Origin: an uncultured Planctomycetaceae bacterium
GTDB taxonomy: Bacteria; Planctomycetota; Planctomycetia; Pirellulales; PALSA-1355
Reading direction: 5' to 3'
DNA length: 64,000 nucleotides
NCBI GenBank assembly: GCA_963785305.1
Contig: CAWAUV010000007.1
Coordinates: 320,001-384,000, forward strand
Each line of letters opens with the position of its first letter. The first letter of the stretch is position 1. Of the stretch, positions 31,300-43,158 are shown one piece after another. The notes beneath the pieces were generated by a model. It did no database searches. It was not told the DNA's origin and worked only from the letters and a program-made list of their open reading frames with translations. Made by a program: the position numbers and the translations under genes.

Positions 31300-33548
31300 A
31301 TGAAGAACAGCAGCCCGGCTTGGCCGTTTCTGACCGTACTGGCTTGCCTGTTCGTGCTTTGCGTGACCACGCCTCGCGCCTGGGAAAGCATTGCCCGACA
31401 GGGCTCGCTCAGTAGCCGGTTGGCGGCGATGCACGATCACACCGCGTCGAGAAACCCGTCCCCGCGCGACAGCGCTCCGCCCGAAAGCCAATCCGCCAAC
31501 CCCTCGCGGCCCGGCTACACAACCACCGTCCCCTCGCGGCCCGGCTTTACCGTGGCCACCGCATCGCCGCCGCCCAGCGACGAGCTCGCAAGCCGCGCGG
31601 CGCCGCGGATCGCCTCGGCCGTCGAGACCTTCGACACCAAACGATTCATGGCCGGGTCGGGATACATGGTGCTCGAGGCCGCGCCGGCATTTGGACGCCA
31701 GGTTTCAGAAAACCTGATCGAGATCGCCTCGCGTCCCTTGCCGTCGGCCTTGAGACCCGCCCCGCCCGTGCCCGCGCCGTCGACGATGCCCGACCTTGCC
31801 GAGAGCCAGCTCGCCGCCGAGCAACAAGCCCTCGTGCCCGTCGCGCTCTTCGAGCAGCTTGCCGCGCTCGAGCGGGAGCCGGACACCCGGGAATGGGCCT
31901 GGGCCGCACAGCACAATCTGCGAGCGCTCTCCGCGAGCGACGGCGGCGACCATCGCCTCGCCTTCGACGAACTCGAATCGCTCATCGCCGACGCCCGTTG
32001 GCTGGCCGACGCCACCGACGAACCCGCCCTGCAAAGCCAACTGCTCCGAGCCAGCTACGCCCTCGAGCGGCGCCTGCCGCTTTGGCGCTTGGCGGTGAGC
32101 GGCGCGGCCCGAACCAGGCCCGCCAACTCTTGGCCCAAGTCGAAACCTTCGAACGCAGCGCGCTCCCCAGCGACGCGCGAACGCTCGCCGCCGCGATCCG
32201 TGAGTTGGCCGGTTCGCCAAGTGAAGCCGAGCGCAATCTCGCCCTTTCGCTCAACGAACACTACTCCAACGCCAACTTCCGCCTCGCCGTGTCGGCCGCG
32301 TTTATCAATCGTCTCCTGCCGCATCCCGAACCCATGCAATTGCCAATTGCCGAAACCCTGGCCGGTGCGCCCGTTCGCGGGCAAGGCGCCGCCTGGACCG
32401 AATTGCATGTGGTGCTGGTGCCCGACGCCCACCGCATTCGCCTGGGCCTCGAAGCCGATGGCGTGGTGCGGTCCGACACGATCAGCGCCGTTGGCCCCGC
32501 CAAGTTTCGCAATGCCGCGAATGCCCGGTTTCGCATTCAAAAACTGTTCGTCATGGGCCCGTGGGGATTGCATGTGTGGCCGGCGATCGCCGAAGCGCAT
32601 AGCTCGCCCGCGAGCCTCGTGGGGCTCGAAACCGATTATGATCGAATTCCGATCTTGAACTATGTGGTTCGCGGCGTGGCGCGGTCGAAACACGAAGACG
32701 CCGCCCAAAACGCGGTGGGCGAGGCCGACTTCAAACTCGCCAATCGAGTGCGCGACCAGTTCGACACCGAAACCGGCCGCCGCGTCGCCCAGTCGCAAGC
32801 CGCCTTTTCCAAGCAGATCGGCGCCTCGCTCGATCGGTTGCATTTGGAAGCCACGCCGGTTTCGTTCGCCACGAGCGACGACCGCGCGGCGATGCGCTAT
32901 CGCCTGGCCGGCGCCCAGCAGCTTGGCGCCCACACTCCCCGCCCTCGGGCGCCTTCGGATAGTTTGCTGAGTGTGCAAGTCCACGAATCGGCGATCAACA
33001 ATCTCTTCGCCGCGCTCGGGCTCGAAGGTCGAAAGTTTACCTTGCCCGAACTCTTCGAAACCTTGCGCGAAAAGCTGGGCCGCGACGAGCTCCGGGCGCC
33101 CGACGATATTCGCGAGGAGGTCACGGTGACGTTTGCCGCGGAAAACGCGATCCGGGTTCAACTTCGCGACAACCGGCTCGAGCTGCGGCTCTCGATCGCG
33201 GAGCTGACCCACGGGCGCGGCCGCTGGCGCGACTTCACGGTGCGGGCCAAATACGCGCTCTGGCAATCGGGCCTCGAGGCGAGCCTGCAGCGCGAGAGCG
33301 GCATCTCGCTCGAGGGCGCGAGCATGCGTGGCAAGCCGGAGCTGGTGCTGCGGGGCATCTTCGGCCGCGCCCTTTCGCAGCGGCGGCACATCCCGCTGTC
33401 GTATGAAGGCATGGTCCACGACCCCCGCCTCTCGGACCTGGGCCTGACGCAGTTGACGATCGAAGACGGCTGGCTGGGCGTCGCCTACGGCCCCAAACCG
33501 CCCGATCGCGAAGCCCACCGGGCGAAGCCGGTGGTTGAGCAACGCTAG
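31300..33548 (+). CDS. large exported hypothetical protein; frameshift near 32120
   Basis: N-terminal hydrophobic segment; protein-like sequence across two long ORFs. Confidence 0.7.
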
Positions 33549-33565
33549 ACACGGATTGCTCGCCG

Positions 33566-33660
33566 GCGCCATGCCCACGCTTTTCGTGGGCATGCGCTTT
33601 CGCGCGCCGCCGTCGCCCTCGTGGCAAGCATGCCCCCACGAGCCCGGGCACGGCGCGCCG
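33566..33660. repeat. REP-like hairpin pair (CATGCCCACG..CGTGGGCATG)
   Basis: Same hairpin as inside the MITEs at 9694 and 12269, without their TIRs. Confidence 0.6.
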
Positions 33661-33861
33661 ATCGCGCGCATTTCCTTGCAGCCGCCCTCGCCAAAGCGCA
33701 TAATCGCGGGCACTGGGAAGCAAGGAAATCAGGTACTGTAGCGGGTCTGCCCAAGGCTTTCGCGCTCGCCGCGACGATGATGGACGCGTTTAGGGCGCGG
33801 GTGGTTTTCCCCGCGCTCGGCGCGACTCCCGACGATGTGTCAAGAACCAGGAGTAACGGTC

Positions 33862-34792
33862 ATGAAGCGTTTCGTTTGGTTGCCGATTCTGCTTTGTTCA
33901 CCGCTTTGCTTCGCGGCCGAGCCGGTTCGGCGCCCTTCCATCGAGCAGCGACTAGGCGCCACGAAGCGAGTCGAATCGGTTTTCGGCGACCAGATCGAAA
34001 AGGCAAAGCAGCCGGACGCACTCCTGGCCCTCTCGGGAGACATGACAAAAGCCGCCGAGAGCGAACGCGATCCGGCGATCAAGTTCGTCATGCTTTCCCG
34101 CGCGCGCGTTAGCGATCAGCGCCAGCGACATGTCCCAAGCCCTCGTGCTGACACGTTCGCTCGCGCAATCGTTCGCGGCGCCGCCGGACCTCACGGAAAA
34201 GGACTTTCTCGCCAAGGGCGAAGAGGCGTGGTCGCACGCGAAGACGCAAGCGGAAAAGCTCGACGCGGCGGAATGGTATCTGCGCGTCGAGCCGACCGCG
34301 ACCGGGCTTGAGAAGCTGTCGATCGAGAAGCGGCTTGGAGAATTTGAATCGCTCGCCGACGACGAAATTTGGCTTTTCGATTTGCCGATCATCGAGGTAT
34401 CGTCGGCAGATAGTGATGATCCGGCTCGGACAACGAGGCCATTTACCATCAAGGGCGCGACATATAAGCATGGGCGAGTGGCGACGCCACCGGCGAATTC
34501 ACGATCGCGGATCGTGATCTCAGTCCCACACGGCATGAAATCCATCAAGGGATCGATAGCCGTGCTGGAAGTGAATGGACGCCCAGACACTCCCATGACG
34601 TTTATCATAATTGGCGATGGTAAGCAGATATGGAAATCGAAGCCGCTGCGAGACAGCGGATCGATATCGCCATTCTCCGCGTCGATCTCTGGGCGCAAGA
34701 AACTAGAATTGATCGTCGATTGCCCCGGGCGGAGTTGGTTTTGCCAAGCCGCATGGGCCGACGTGAAGCTAAGCGGCGCATCGCAACGGTGA
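33862..34792 (+). CDS. secreted protein with C-terminal NPCBM/NEW2-like domain; frameshift near 34105
   Basis: Signal peptide MKRFVWLPILLCSPLCFA; F-IIGDGKQIWKS..ISGRKKLELIV..AAWAD. Confidence 0.7.
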
Positions 34793-34906
34793 GCGAACGC
34801 AAATCGCGACGCGATTCTAGCGACCGCCAACAATACCGCGGCAAGAGTAAACTATCGGGATAGTCGACTGCTCCCGGCGCCAGCGCCACCGCGCACCTCG
34901 CGAAAA

Positions 34907-34960
34907 CACAAGCCTGAAGCGCGAGCGAAGGAGTTCTTTCGCTCGCGCTTCAAGCTTGTG
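34907..34960. repeat. REP-like palindrome
   Basis: CACAAGCCTGAAGCGCGAGCGAAG / CTTTCGCTCGCGCTTCAAGCTTGTG inverted repeat. Confidence 0.65.
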
Positions 34961-35375
34961 CGTTTCCATGACATTCCAACCGCCGAAAACCCCGCCCCGC
35001 CTCCGTCACAACCCGACGCGTCAGCGAGGGCTCCGGCTTCGCGCTCCCGCAATCGGCGATTTAGCTAAAGCCGATCGGCTGCCATTCTCCCGCCCTGGCT
35101 CACAAACAATGCTAGGAAATCATCGCCCTCCGCGCGCATAATCCGCGGCGTTGTCGATTCGAGGCGAAAGCCGGCGAGAGCCAAATGCGGGGCGGGGGCG
35201 AAGCAAGAACTTCATCTCCATCTTGCAAGCGGGGCAAAGGCGCGGGGTTGTTCTTGGCCTTCATTCAGCGCGCGGCCGGTTTTCTAGAAGCCTGTTGAAA
35301 AATGCCATCGTGGCATTTTTCAACCTCGCCAAGCGCCGAGCAAAGCTCGTCGCGGCTCGCAAAACAACGACTTAG

Positions 35376-36838
35376 TTCAAGTTTCGCGTTTTTTGCTAGC
35401 GGACCCCGACCGTAGCGGGGATTGAAAAACAGGGTGAGCCTCCCTCACGATGCAGGTGTTGTTCAAGCACTGCTTCGCTCGGGAGGCTCACATGAATCTT
35501 GTTAGCTCGTTTGCGGTTTTGTTGCAAGAGTTGGCTGTCGTCATGACCGAGCCGACGTTCCAGAATTTTGTGGTCCTCGCCACGGGCTGGGTGTTCGCGC
35601 CGCGGCGCACCGTGACGAATCTGCTGCTGGCGGCCGGCGTGTCTGGCCAGCGGCATCATTCCGCGTTTCATCGTTTTTTCTCGGAAGCCAACTGGTCTCG
35701 CGATGCGTTGGGGCTGGCTGTCTTTCGACTGATCGAGTCGTTGTGTGGCGAAGGCGTGCTGCTCGCGCTCGACGACACATTGGCCCGCAAGCGTGGACTG
35801 AAAATGTTCGGGACCGGGATGCATCACGATCCGCTGCTCTCCAGCCGCAGCCATGTGGTGACCAATTGGGGGCACTGTTGGGTCGTGCTGTGCGTGGTGG
35901 TCCGCTTTCCCTTGTGGCCCGAGCGACCTTTCAGCCTGCCGATCTTGTTTCGCTTGTATCTGAACAAGAAACGGGCGGCGAAAGAACGTCGCGTCTATCG
36001 CAGCAAGCCCGAGTTGGCGGTGGAGTTGCTGCGAATTCTCTGCAAACACCGGGCGAATCGGCGATTTCATGTGGTGGCGGACTCCGCCTATGGCGGGCAG
36101 AGCGTGCTGGGCCAACTGCCGACCAACTGCGACTTGACCAGCCGCTTGCGGCTGGACGCTCGGTTGTTCGACGCGCCACAGGCGGCGCAGTCTGGACGGA
36201 AAGGACGCCCGCGCAAGCGTGGCGCCCAGCTTCCCACGCCCGAGCGAATGCTCGACGAGCGTGCCCGGCGAGTGGAGCTTCATATCTATGGCCGCCATGA
36301 GTCGGCCCGGCTGTGCGAAGCGGTGGGGCGCGTCTTCGCGTTGCCGGAGCGCGCGTTGCGGGTGGTGGCCGTGGAGGCGTTGGCCGGCGGTCGTGGTCGC
36401 GAAGCTTTTTACTCGACGCGCGTCGACGCCACGGCCGAGCAGGTGCTGACTTGGTATGCGATGCGGTGGAGCGTGGAAGTCACATTCCGCGAAAGCAAGC
36501 AGCACTTGGGCTTCGAAGAGCCGCAAGGTTGGACTCGCCAGGCCGTCGAGCGCACGGCGCCGATGGCGATGCTGCTGTATAGCTTGATCGTGTGCTGGTA
36601 CTGTCGGGAAGGTCATCGTCATTACCGTCAACTATTGCGGCCGTGGTACACGACCAAGACTCACGAATCATTCGCCGACATGTTGGCGACGCTACGTCGG
36701 TGTAGCCTGAAAGAATCCATTTCCGCGTGGGCGCCACAAGGACCAGGAAGTCGAAAAATCATCCAGTTGGTCGAGAATATCCTGGCAATCGCCGCATAAT
36801 ACCCGCGCCGCTTGCTAGCAAAAAACGCGAAACTTGAA
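35376..36838 (+). mobile_element. IS701-like insertion sequence, 1463 bp
   Basis: Perfect 25-bp TIR TTCAAGTTTCGCGTTTTTTGCTAGC; 5-bp target duplication CTTAG at 35371-35375 and 36839-36843. Confidence 0.92.
35492..36799 (+). CDS. IS701-like DDE transposase, intact
   Basis: LDDT, ADSAYG and Y--RWSVEVTFRESKQHLG catalytic motifs. Confidence 0.9.
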   Translation: MNLVSSFAVLLQELAVVMTEPTFQNFVVLATGWVFAPRRTVTNLLLAAGVSGQRHHSAFHRFFSEANWSRDALGLAVFRLIESLCGEGVLLALDDTLARKRGLKMFGTGMHHDPLLSSRSHVVTNWGHCWVVLCVVVRFPLWPERPFSLPILFRLYLNKKRAAKERRVYRSKPELAVELLRILCKHRANRRFHVVADSAYGGQSVLGQLPTNCDLTSRLRLDARLFDAPQAAQSGRKGRPRKRGAQLPTPERMLDERARRVELHIYGRHESARLCEAVGRVFALPERALRVVAVEALAGGRGREAFYSTRVDATAEQVLTWYAMRWSVEVTFRESKQHLGFEEPQGWTRQAVERTAPMAMLLYSLIVCWYCREGHRHYRQLLRPWYTTKTHESFADMLATLRRCSLKESISAWAPQGPGSRKIIQLVENILAIAA

Positions 36839-37835
36839 CTTAGGTCGTTATTTTGACACCGCATCCATGCGGCGGCGCAGCCTGTTGAATATTTCAACAG
36901 GCTGCTAGGGGATCACATCCCCGAGCTTCGTCGCCGCCGGGCCTTGAACAAAAGGGCGCGAAAGCGACCGCGATCGATAGCCTTGCGGACACGAGCTCGC
37001 CTCCGGCGCTATTGTCGAGGGCGGTGGCGTTGACGCCGGAAGTCCAAAACCGCGCGGCCAGAGCGAACCAGACGTCAAGCTCGGGCAGCAAAACCTCGCA
37101 TCGCCCCTCGCAAGGCGCCGCGAGACTGCGAAACGTCGCGCGGCGAAAGTGATGGATTATCGTGAGGTTGCTTTTCAAAAAGCAAGCATCATGAAACATC
37201 CATCGCGAGGGCTGACCTGGCGTGGGGAGCTCCCAACACAATTGAGGGTCCGCATGCGTCCTCGTCGACTGGTTTTCCGCCCCGCGTTCTGCCGCGGCAT
37301 GTAATCGCGGTCGAGACCAACCCGAACCGCTTGGGCCTCGCGATCTTGCAAAAGATCACCCGACCCAACGGCTCACAACCGATCGAAAGGCAACAAACGA
37401 CCGGCGACTGATCTCGTCCCACCAGCGACGGGCCAGGCGTCAGTGTGTTACCGCAAGGCCAAGAGCCGCCGGTCGCCACACCCTTCGATCACAAACCGTC
37501 CAGCGGAGGTCGTTCCTTCGCTCGACAACAAAACCAACAAGAACCGGTCTCGACCGCTCGTCTCGGGCGGCTTCGACAAAACGTCCGATCGGCGGCGTTC
37601 GGCGCTCCCCGTGCGCCCGACGCCGCCGATTCGTTTTTATATCGCCGCGAAACGATGCCGAATTCTTCCCCCTCTCCGGGAGAGAGCAGGGCGAGGGGAG
37701 AGGAACGGAAGAAGAAACAGGAAATAATCACCAAGACGGACACGACGAGGAAAAGAAGAACGACGCGAAGCGGGCACGGGGGGAGGAAATTACCACGAAG
37801 GCACGACGAGGAAAAAAGAAGGGGCGTTTCCGTTC

Positions 37836-39747
37836 CTAATGCTCGATCTCGGCCCAGTATCTGTCGAAGTCGAAGTCGGGGCTGTTGTCCAGGTCGTGGC
37901 ATTTGCGGCACGAGTCGTCGGCCGTGGCCTTTTCTTGACGCACTAGCTTGCGCCACTCGTCTTTCAGAGCCATGTCGCTTCCCCGCTCCGCGGCAATGTG
38001 CGCGGCGCCGGGACCGTGGCAGTTTTCACACGATTGGCCGGCCAGCTCCGGAGTGTGCTGCATGCTGTCGTAGCCCGACACATAGGGAAAGAATTCCTGG
38101 GGGTTCCAGCCCGTCACATGGCAACTCACGCACTCGGGATCGAATTGCCGAGCCGGCTTGAGATCAATGAGGGTTTGCGTGGCATGCGCATGGCCGCTCT
38201 TGGTATAAACCTCCCAGGCCGATTCGTGACATTCCTTGCACTGTGCGCCGCCCACGAACTGCCCGGCCAGCGGATTGTCGGGCCGCGATTGGGGATGCCG
38301 CGCCGGTCGCAAGCCGAGCCCGGTCCAGCCGAGCGATTCGAGTTGCGACTGGTAGGTGGTCATCAGATTTTTCATTTGCGGCGAATCGGGGAACCGCGAG
38401 TCGAGGGCCACGCGCTGATAGCTCGCCGGCTGGCCCGCGTCGTGGAAACCGAGCACCACGGCATACATGGCTTTGTGGCCGACTTCGATCAAGCGCGTCT
38501 TGCCGTCGTTGACCAACTCCGCCTCGGCGGGCGGTTCGTCGCCACCGCCGGCCGACACCACGATGTCGAACGACGGAAACGCCTTGGCCAGTTCGCGGGC
38601 CTCTTCGATCGTGGCATTGGCCAAGAGAATCTTGATATCGGCCGGGGCCAGTTCCTTGATCGCGGCGGGGAGCGCAGACCTTGGCTGGAGTCATCAGCAC
38701 TTCGGAATTATTCACCTGCCGGCGAGCTTCATCGCCGAGCACGCTCGTAATGCCCAGTTTCAAGCCGCCGGCTTCGACCGTTCGTGTCTTGGGCACAAGT
38801 CCAAACAGATCGACATTGGCCGAGACGAAGATTCCCGCGCCCGGCTGATCGCTCGCCACCACGGCCGCGATCTCGCCGGCCGAGAGCCGCAAATCGCTTG
38901 GCCCGAAGCCGACCGCGGCATAGTGCATGGCGCAAAGCGCGTCGGCGGTGATGCCGAACTGGAGCTCGGCTTGCTTTCCGAAGCGGCGCACAATCGAGCC
39001 GACATCCACGGCCGCCAGCGGCCAGCCCTTGGCGGCGAGCTCGGCAAACAGGCTCTGCCGGCGACTCAGGCCGCCCTTCTGATTCTCGATGCCCGCGCAG
39101 CCGCATGGTTCGAGGTAGCCATCTTGCCGGCCGGTGACAACAAGCGCCAGCCGCGGCGGCTGCCAGCCCTCGAAGAACTTGCCGTTGACCTTGATCGGAT
39201 CGAACTTGGGCTTTTGTTGCACGAACGAGGGCTTGGCCCGCGCCGTGGCGCTTGTCGGAGATCGTGAATCGCTTGTTGGAGATTGCGAATCGATGGGCGG
39301 CGAGGGTTCCGAGGGCGGCGCGGTCGTGGGAGAAGCGCCTGCCGGCTCGGCGGCCATCTCGGGCAACGATGGCCCGGCGGCGCTGGAGTGGGCGGGGGTG
39401 GGCGTCGTGGGCGAGTATATTGGCGATGCGGCGATGGGAACGTCTCGGGCGTCGACCGTCTTGGCGGCGTCGGCCGGCGGGCTTGGCTTGGGCACGCTTG
39501 CCGACGAGGCGCTTTCGAAGGGGGCGCTCGCCGCCAGATCGGCCGGCTCGCGGCTCGGCGCCCCGTGCTCTCGCGCCCCGGCACTCTCATGCGCCGATCG
39601 CTCGGCCAAGGGGGCCGGCGGCTTCGCTTCGTCGCGGCAGCCCGGCGCGGAGAGCATAATCACCAGCGTCGCCATGGCGAGAAAAACGGCCGAGCGTGGC
39701 TGGCGAGAAGTCGTTGCGAGATTCCGAAGATTCATGGCCACATGCAC
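37836..39747 (-). CDS. exported multiheme c-type cytochrome (4 CxxCH) with a 5'-nucleotidase-like N-terminal domain; frameshift near 38680
   Basis: CKECH, CVSCH, CENCH, CRKCH; GYLEPCGC..GGLSRR; possible lipobox APGC. Confidence 0.85.
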
Positions 39748-39992
39748 CCAAAGTTGAAGCTCGAACTACCGCTCGGCGCAACACTGCCCCGAGCGCCACC
39801 CGCTGTGCGAAATCATTCGCAGATTCCGCCGATTGAGAAAAGCCCAAATCCCGGATTCCCAGGGGCGCCGGCGCGTGGGCGCGGCACAAGCGGAGGATCC
39901 GGTCCGGTCGAGCGCCCGGGGTTCCTCCCCATGGGGAAGCGCCCGGCGTCGGTTTCGCATCGGGGCGCGCTCGATCTCTTCGGCGCCGCGGG

Positions 39993-41162
39993 TCACCTCT
40001 CCAGCAAGAACTGCAAGAACATCTTCACTTGCGTGCCATCGGCGAGGCCGGTGTCGAGCACGAGCGAACCGAGCTTGCCCTGCACCGTGCCCAGGTGATT
40101 CGATTCGGGACTCTCCGGCGGAATAATCACCGTGACCGGCCAACGCATCACCGCGCCTTGTTGCACGGGCCGCGGCTCGCCGATCTCGACCTGGATCCAT
40201 TCGGGATTGCGCGAGCCGGCCGTGAGGCGAACTTCGTCGCGACGGGGTCCGCGGGCGAGCACGAATACTTCGCGCCGCAGTCCCGCGTGGCGCGAGGCGG
40301 CGCCCAGCGTGAGCACGCCGCGCTCGCGATCCCAACCGGCGCCCACGATCGAAAGATCGCTTTCCACGCTGCCTTGAATCGGCACATCGACCGCCGAGGT
40401 CTGGGGTTGGTTCGTCGTGATTCGCAGCTTCTGCCGCACCGCGCCCACCGGCAGGCCGGGCAACACCGTGACCTTGACCACGATGCCCGAGCGGGCCGCG
40501 GCCTTGGCGACTTCATCGTTGGCCAGCGGCGAGAATTCGGCCCGGAAATGCGCGGCCGAGGTCGGCTCCAAAAACTCGTGGGCGGTCACTTCGAGCGGCG
40601 TCGCGCCGAAGGCCAGCAAGTGCGTTTCGGCCACGCTCGGCTCGGTGGTCGAGACGCGCGTAAAGACCAAGTCGGGCGGCGAGGCATGCAGCGACGAGAT
40701 CACCTTGCCGCTTACACCGAGCGAAAGTCGCGGATGCGCCGGATCGTTGGTGAATATAATGGCCGACTGGCGAAACTGCCCGAGATCGTGGGCGCGATAC
40801 GAAACCGTGATCTGCTCGCTTTCACCGGGCGCGAGGGTTTCCTGGGGCAGGTCGCTGAGCGTGCATTTGCCGCAGGTGGTGCCGCCTTTTTCCAGCCGGA
40901 GCGGGCCGAGGCCGGTGTTCGTCAACTGAAAGAAGTGCTCGACCGATTGATCGGATTCGATATCGCCGAAATCGTGCGACTCCTCGGCGATCGTGGCCAC
41001 CGGTTGCGGCTCGCCGGGCTTGGGCGGCGTGGGGGTCGTGCTTGCCGCCGCGCCGGGCAGATATTCGGCCACGACGCCGCGATGAAAGCGAGCCCAGGCG
41101 ATGCCCAGGCCGAGCGCGCCGCCCAACACAATGCCTAGAACGACAATCCCAAAAGTTTTCAT
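39993..41162 (-). CDS. DUF1573-domain membrane-anchored protein
   Basis: HDFG..F-LTNTG-GPL..TCGKCT..LAPGES; TNDP. Confidence 0.85.
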   Translation of the reverse strand: MKTFGIVVLGIVLGGALGLGIAWARFHRGVVAEYLPGAAASTTPTPPKPGEPQPVATIAEESHDFGDIESDQSVEHFFQLTNTGLGPLRLEKGGTTCGKCTLSDLPQETLAPGESEQITVSYRAHDLGQFRQSAIIFTNDPAHPRLSLGVSGKVISSLHASPPDLVFTRVSTTEPSVAETHLLAFGATPLEVTAHEFLEPTSAAHFRAEFSPLANDEVAKAAARSGIVVKVTVLPGLPVGAVRQKLRITTNQPQTSAVDVPIQGSVESDLSIVGAGWDRERGVLTLGAASRHAGLRREVFVLARGPRRDEVRLTAGSRNPEWIQVEIGEPRPVQQGAVMRWPVTVIIPPESPESNHLGTVQGKLGSLVLDTGLADGTQVKMFLQFLLER

Positions 41163-41298
41163 GATCTTAAAATTTTAACCGGCGCCGCCGCGCCAAGACA
41201 ACGGGCGTAGCCGCCTGCTGGCCGCGCGATATATGATATTTGGGTTCGTTCGCATTCCATCCCCGCGGTGACTTCGCGCGAGACGGCGCCCCCAAACC

Positions 41299-42007
41299 AT
41301 GAGCAATCGAGTTCCTCCGCCCGCGAGCGGCTTGCTCTACAGCGGCGGGCTCGATAGCTCGATGCTTCTCGTGGACATGTTGGCCCAGGGACAGCGGGTT
41401 TATCCGATTTACATCCAGGCGGGGCTCATTTGGGAGGCGGCCGAGCTCGCCGCGGCGCGGCGCTTCTTGGAGTCCGCGGCCTCGTCGGGATTGGCGGAGC
41501 TCGTGGTGCTCGATTTGCCGCTCGGCGATCTTTATTCCGGGCACTGGAGCATCACCGGCAGCGCCACTCCCGGCGCCGAAAGCGGCGACGAAGAGGTTTT
41601 CCTGCTGGGTCGCAATCCGCTTTTGATGATCAAGGCGCGGCTCTGGTGTCAGACCCACGGGATCGGGCAGTTGGCGATCGGTTGCTTGGGCGGGAGTCCG
41701 TTTGCCGACGCGTCGCTGGATTTTCTCGCGGAGTTCGAGCGCGTGATGGATCGCGCGGCGCTGGGCCATGTGCGGCTCGTGCGCCCGCTCGAGTACAAGG
41801 CGCCGGCGCTGCGGGCCGCGCGGAGGCGCTCGGCTCGATCTCACCTTCTCATGCCTGAACCCGCGAGCGGAGTTGCACTGCGGAGCGTGCAACAAATGCG
41901 AGGAGCGGCGCCGAGCGTTTGCCGCCGCCGGCCTCGCCGACCCGACCAGCTACGCCGCCGAGGCAACGAACTCGGCCAACAGGGAGCATCGTAACGGAAT
42001 TCGCTAA
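41299..42007 (+). CDS. queC: 7-cyano-7-deazaguanine synthase; frameshift near 41810
   Basis: SGGLDS and [18 protein letters not shown] in the shifted frame. Confidence 0.88.
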
Positions 42008-42095
42008 ACGCCGCGGAACACGCCTGGGCCGCCGTGCGCCGCAAGTCGTAAGCTTGCGACCGCAAGAAAAAACTCGTCACGAAGGACCGGTAATT

Positions 42096-42500
42096 ATGTT
42101 TCGAGTGACTCGTGAGATTGACTTTTGCTATGGCCATCGGCTGCTGAACTACGAAGGCAAGTGCCGCTATTTGCATGGCCACAATGGCCGGGCCGTGATC
42201 GCGCTCGAAGCCGAAGCGCTCGACGATCGCGGCATGGTGCTCGACTTCTCCGACATCAAGCGCGTCGTGAGTCGCTGGATCGACGACAATCTCGATCATC
42301 GCATGATTCTGCATCGCGACGATCCGGCGGTTCCAGCGCTCGAGCGACTGGGAGAGCCGCTGTTTCTGCTCGATGCGAACCCCACGGCCGAGAGCATCGC
42401 CCGGCTCATTTATGAATTCGCCCGCGACGCCGGTTTCCCGATCGTCGAAGCCCATCTGTGGGAGACCCCGCATTGCTTTGCCAGCTATCGCGACGAATGA
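42096..42500 (+). CDS. queD: 6-carboxytetrahydropterin synthase
   Basis: GHRL..C..LHGHN, GMVLDF, LDH, PTAE, WET. Confidence 0.92.
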   Translation: MFRVTREIDFCYGHRLLNYEGKCRYLHGHNGRAVIALEAEALDDRGMVLDFSDIKRVVSRWIDDNLDHRMILHRDDPAVPALERLGEPLFLLDANPTAESIARLIYEFARDAGFPIVEAHLWETPHCFASYRDE

Positions 42501-42830
42501 GCCGCGGGGCGAGCGCATGAAAACAGCCCGGGAGACTCCTTGCGGAGCCGTCACCGGGCCGTAATCCCCCCTGGGATATCAAAGTGTGCGGTTTTTTCGC
42601 GGCGCCGGCGGGGTGCGCACATGCTCGGCGATGCGTCGTCGGGCGTTGTTCACGCTCGAACGCTTGCGACAAACACAGTATCGGCCATGTTTTGGCGCGA
42701 ACTTTGTCAAACTTTGCCGGTTTTAGGGCCGGTTGCGCCGTTTGTGATTGGTAGCGCGATCGCCGCTGGCTGATCTTGCTGGTTCTTCCATTCTGGAGTA
42801 CTTAAGGGCCTTTCCGAGAACTTCGGTGAG

Positions 42831-42863
42831 CCCTCACCCGCCCCTCTCCCAAAGGGAGAGGGG
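42831..42863. repeat. REP-like CCCTCTCCC..GGGAGAGGG hairpin (degenerate inverted copy at 37668-37698)
   Basis: Inverted repeat visible in the sequence. Confidence 0.55.
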
Positions 42864-43158
42864 GAGTTGCCGGATAGGCTCATAAATGCCCCCGCTTGGG
42901 GTCGAACGCGGCGATTCTGGATTCCATTCGCTAGCACGGTTCCGCAAGCGACAAAATGACGTGCGCCCGATTGCCATCATTGCTGGCGGAGTCGGCCGAG
43001 CGACCTTGCTGGTTTTGGTGAATGTATCGATGCTTCCGGCGCCGATGCTCTGGATACGACCCTCGCGACGCTCGGGCCCGAGCGCCGGACGCGATTTTTT
43101 GTGAGCAGGCCCCGCCGGCGAACCTGCTCGACGCGAGGGCGATGAGGCTGCTTTTGCA

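Larger units (their letters stand above)
35284..36908. mobile_element. ~157-bp MITE (35284-35375 plus 36844-36908) interrupted by an IS
   Basis: TIRs CTAGAAGCCTGTTGAAAAAT and ATATTTCAACAGGCTGCTAG. Confidence 0.7.

Noticed and set aside
31500..31560. Short imperfect tandem duplication (PSRPGYTTTV / PSRPGFTVAT)
   Set aside because: Ordinary slippage in a disordered linker.
42040..42080. preQ1 riboswitch before queD (hairpin plus AAAAAACT)
   Set aside because: No class I P1 stem and loop consensus could be found.
41299..42500. queC-queD as a 7-deazaguanine DNA modification (dpd) system
   Set aside because: No dpdA/tgt-like or other dpd genes nearby; most simply queuosine biosynthesis.
42690..42710. 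sigma54 promoter TGGCGC-N5-TTGT
   Set aside because: The -12 element is GT rather than GC, and it lies far from a start codon.
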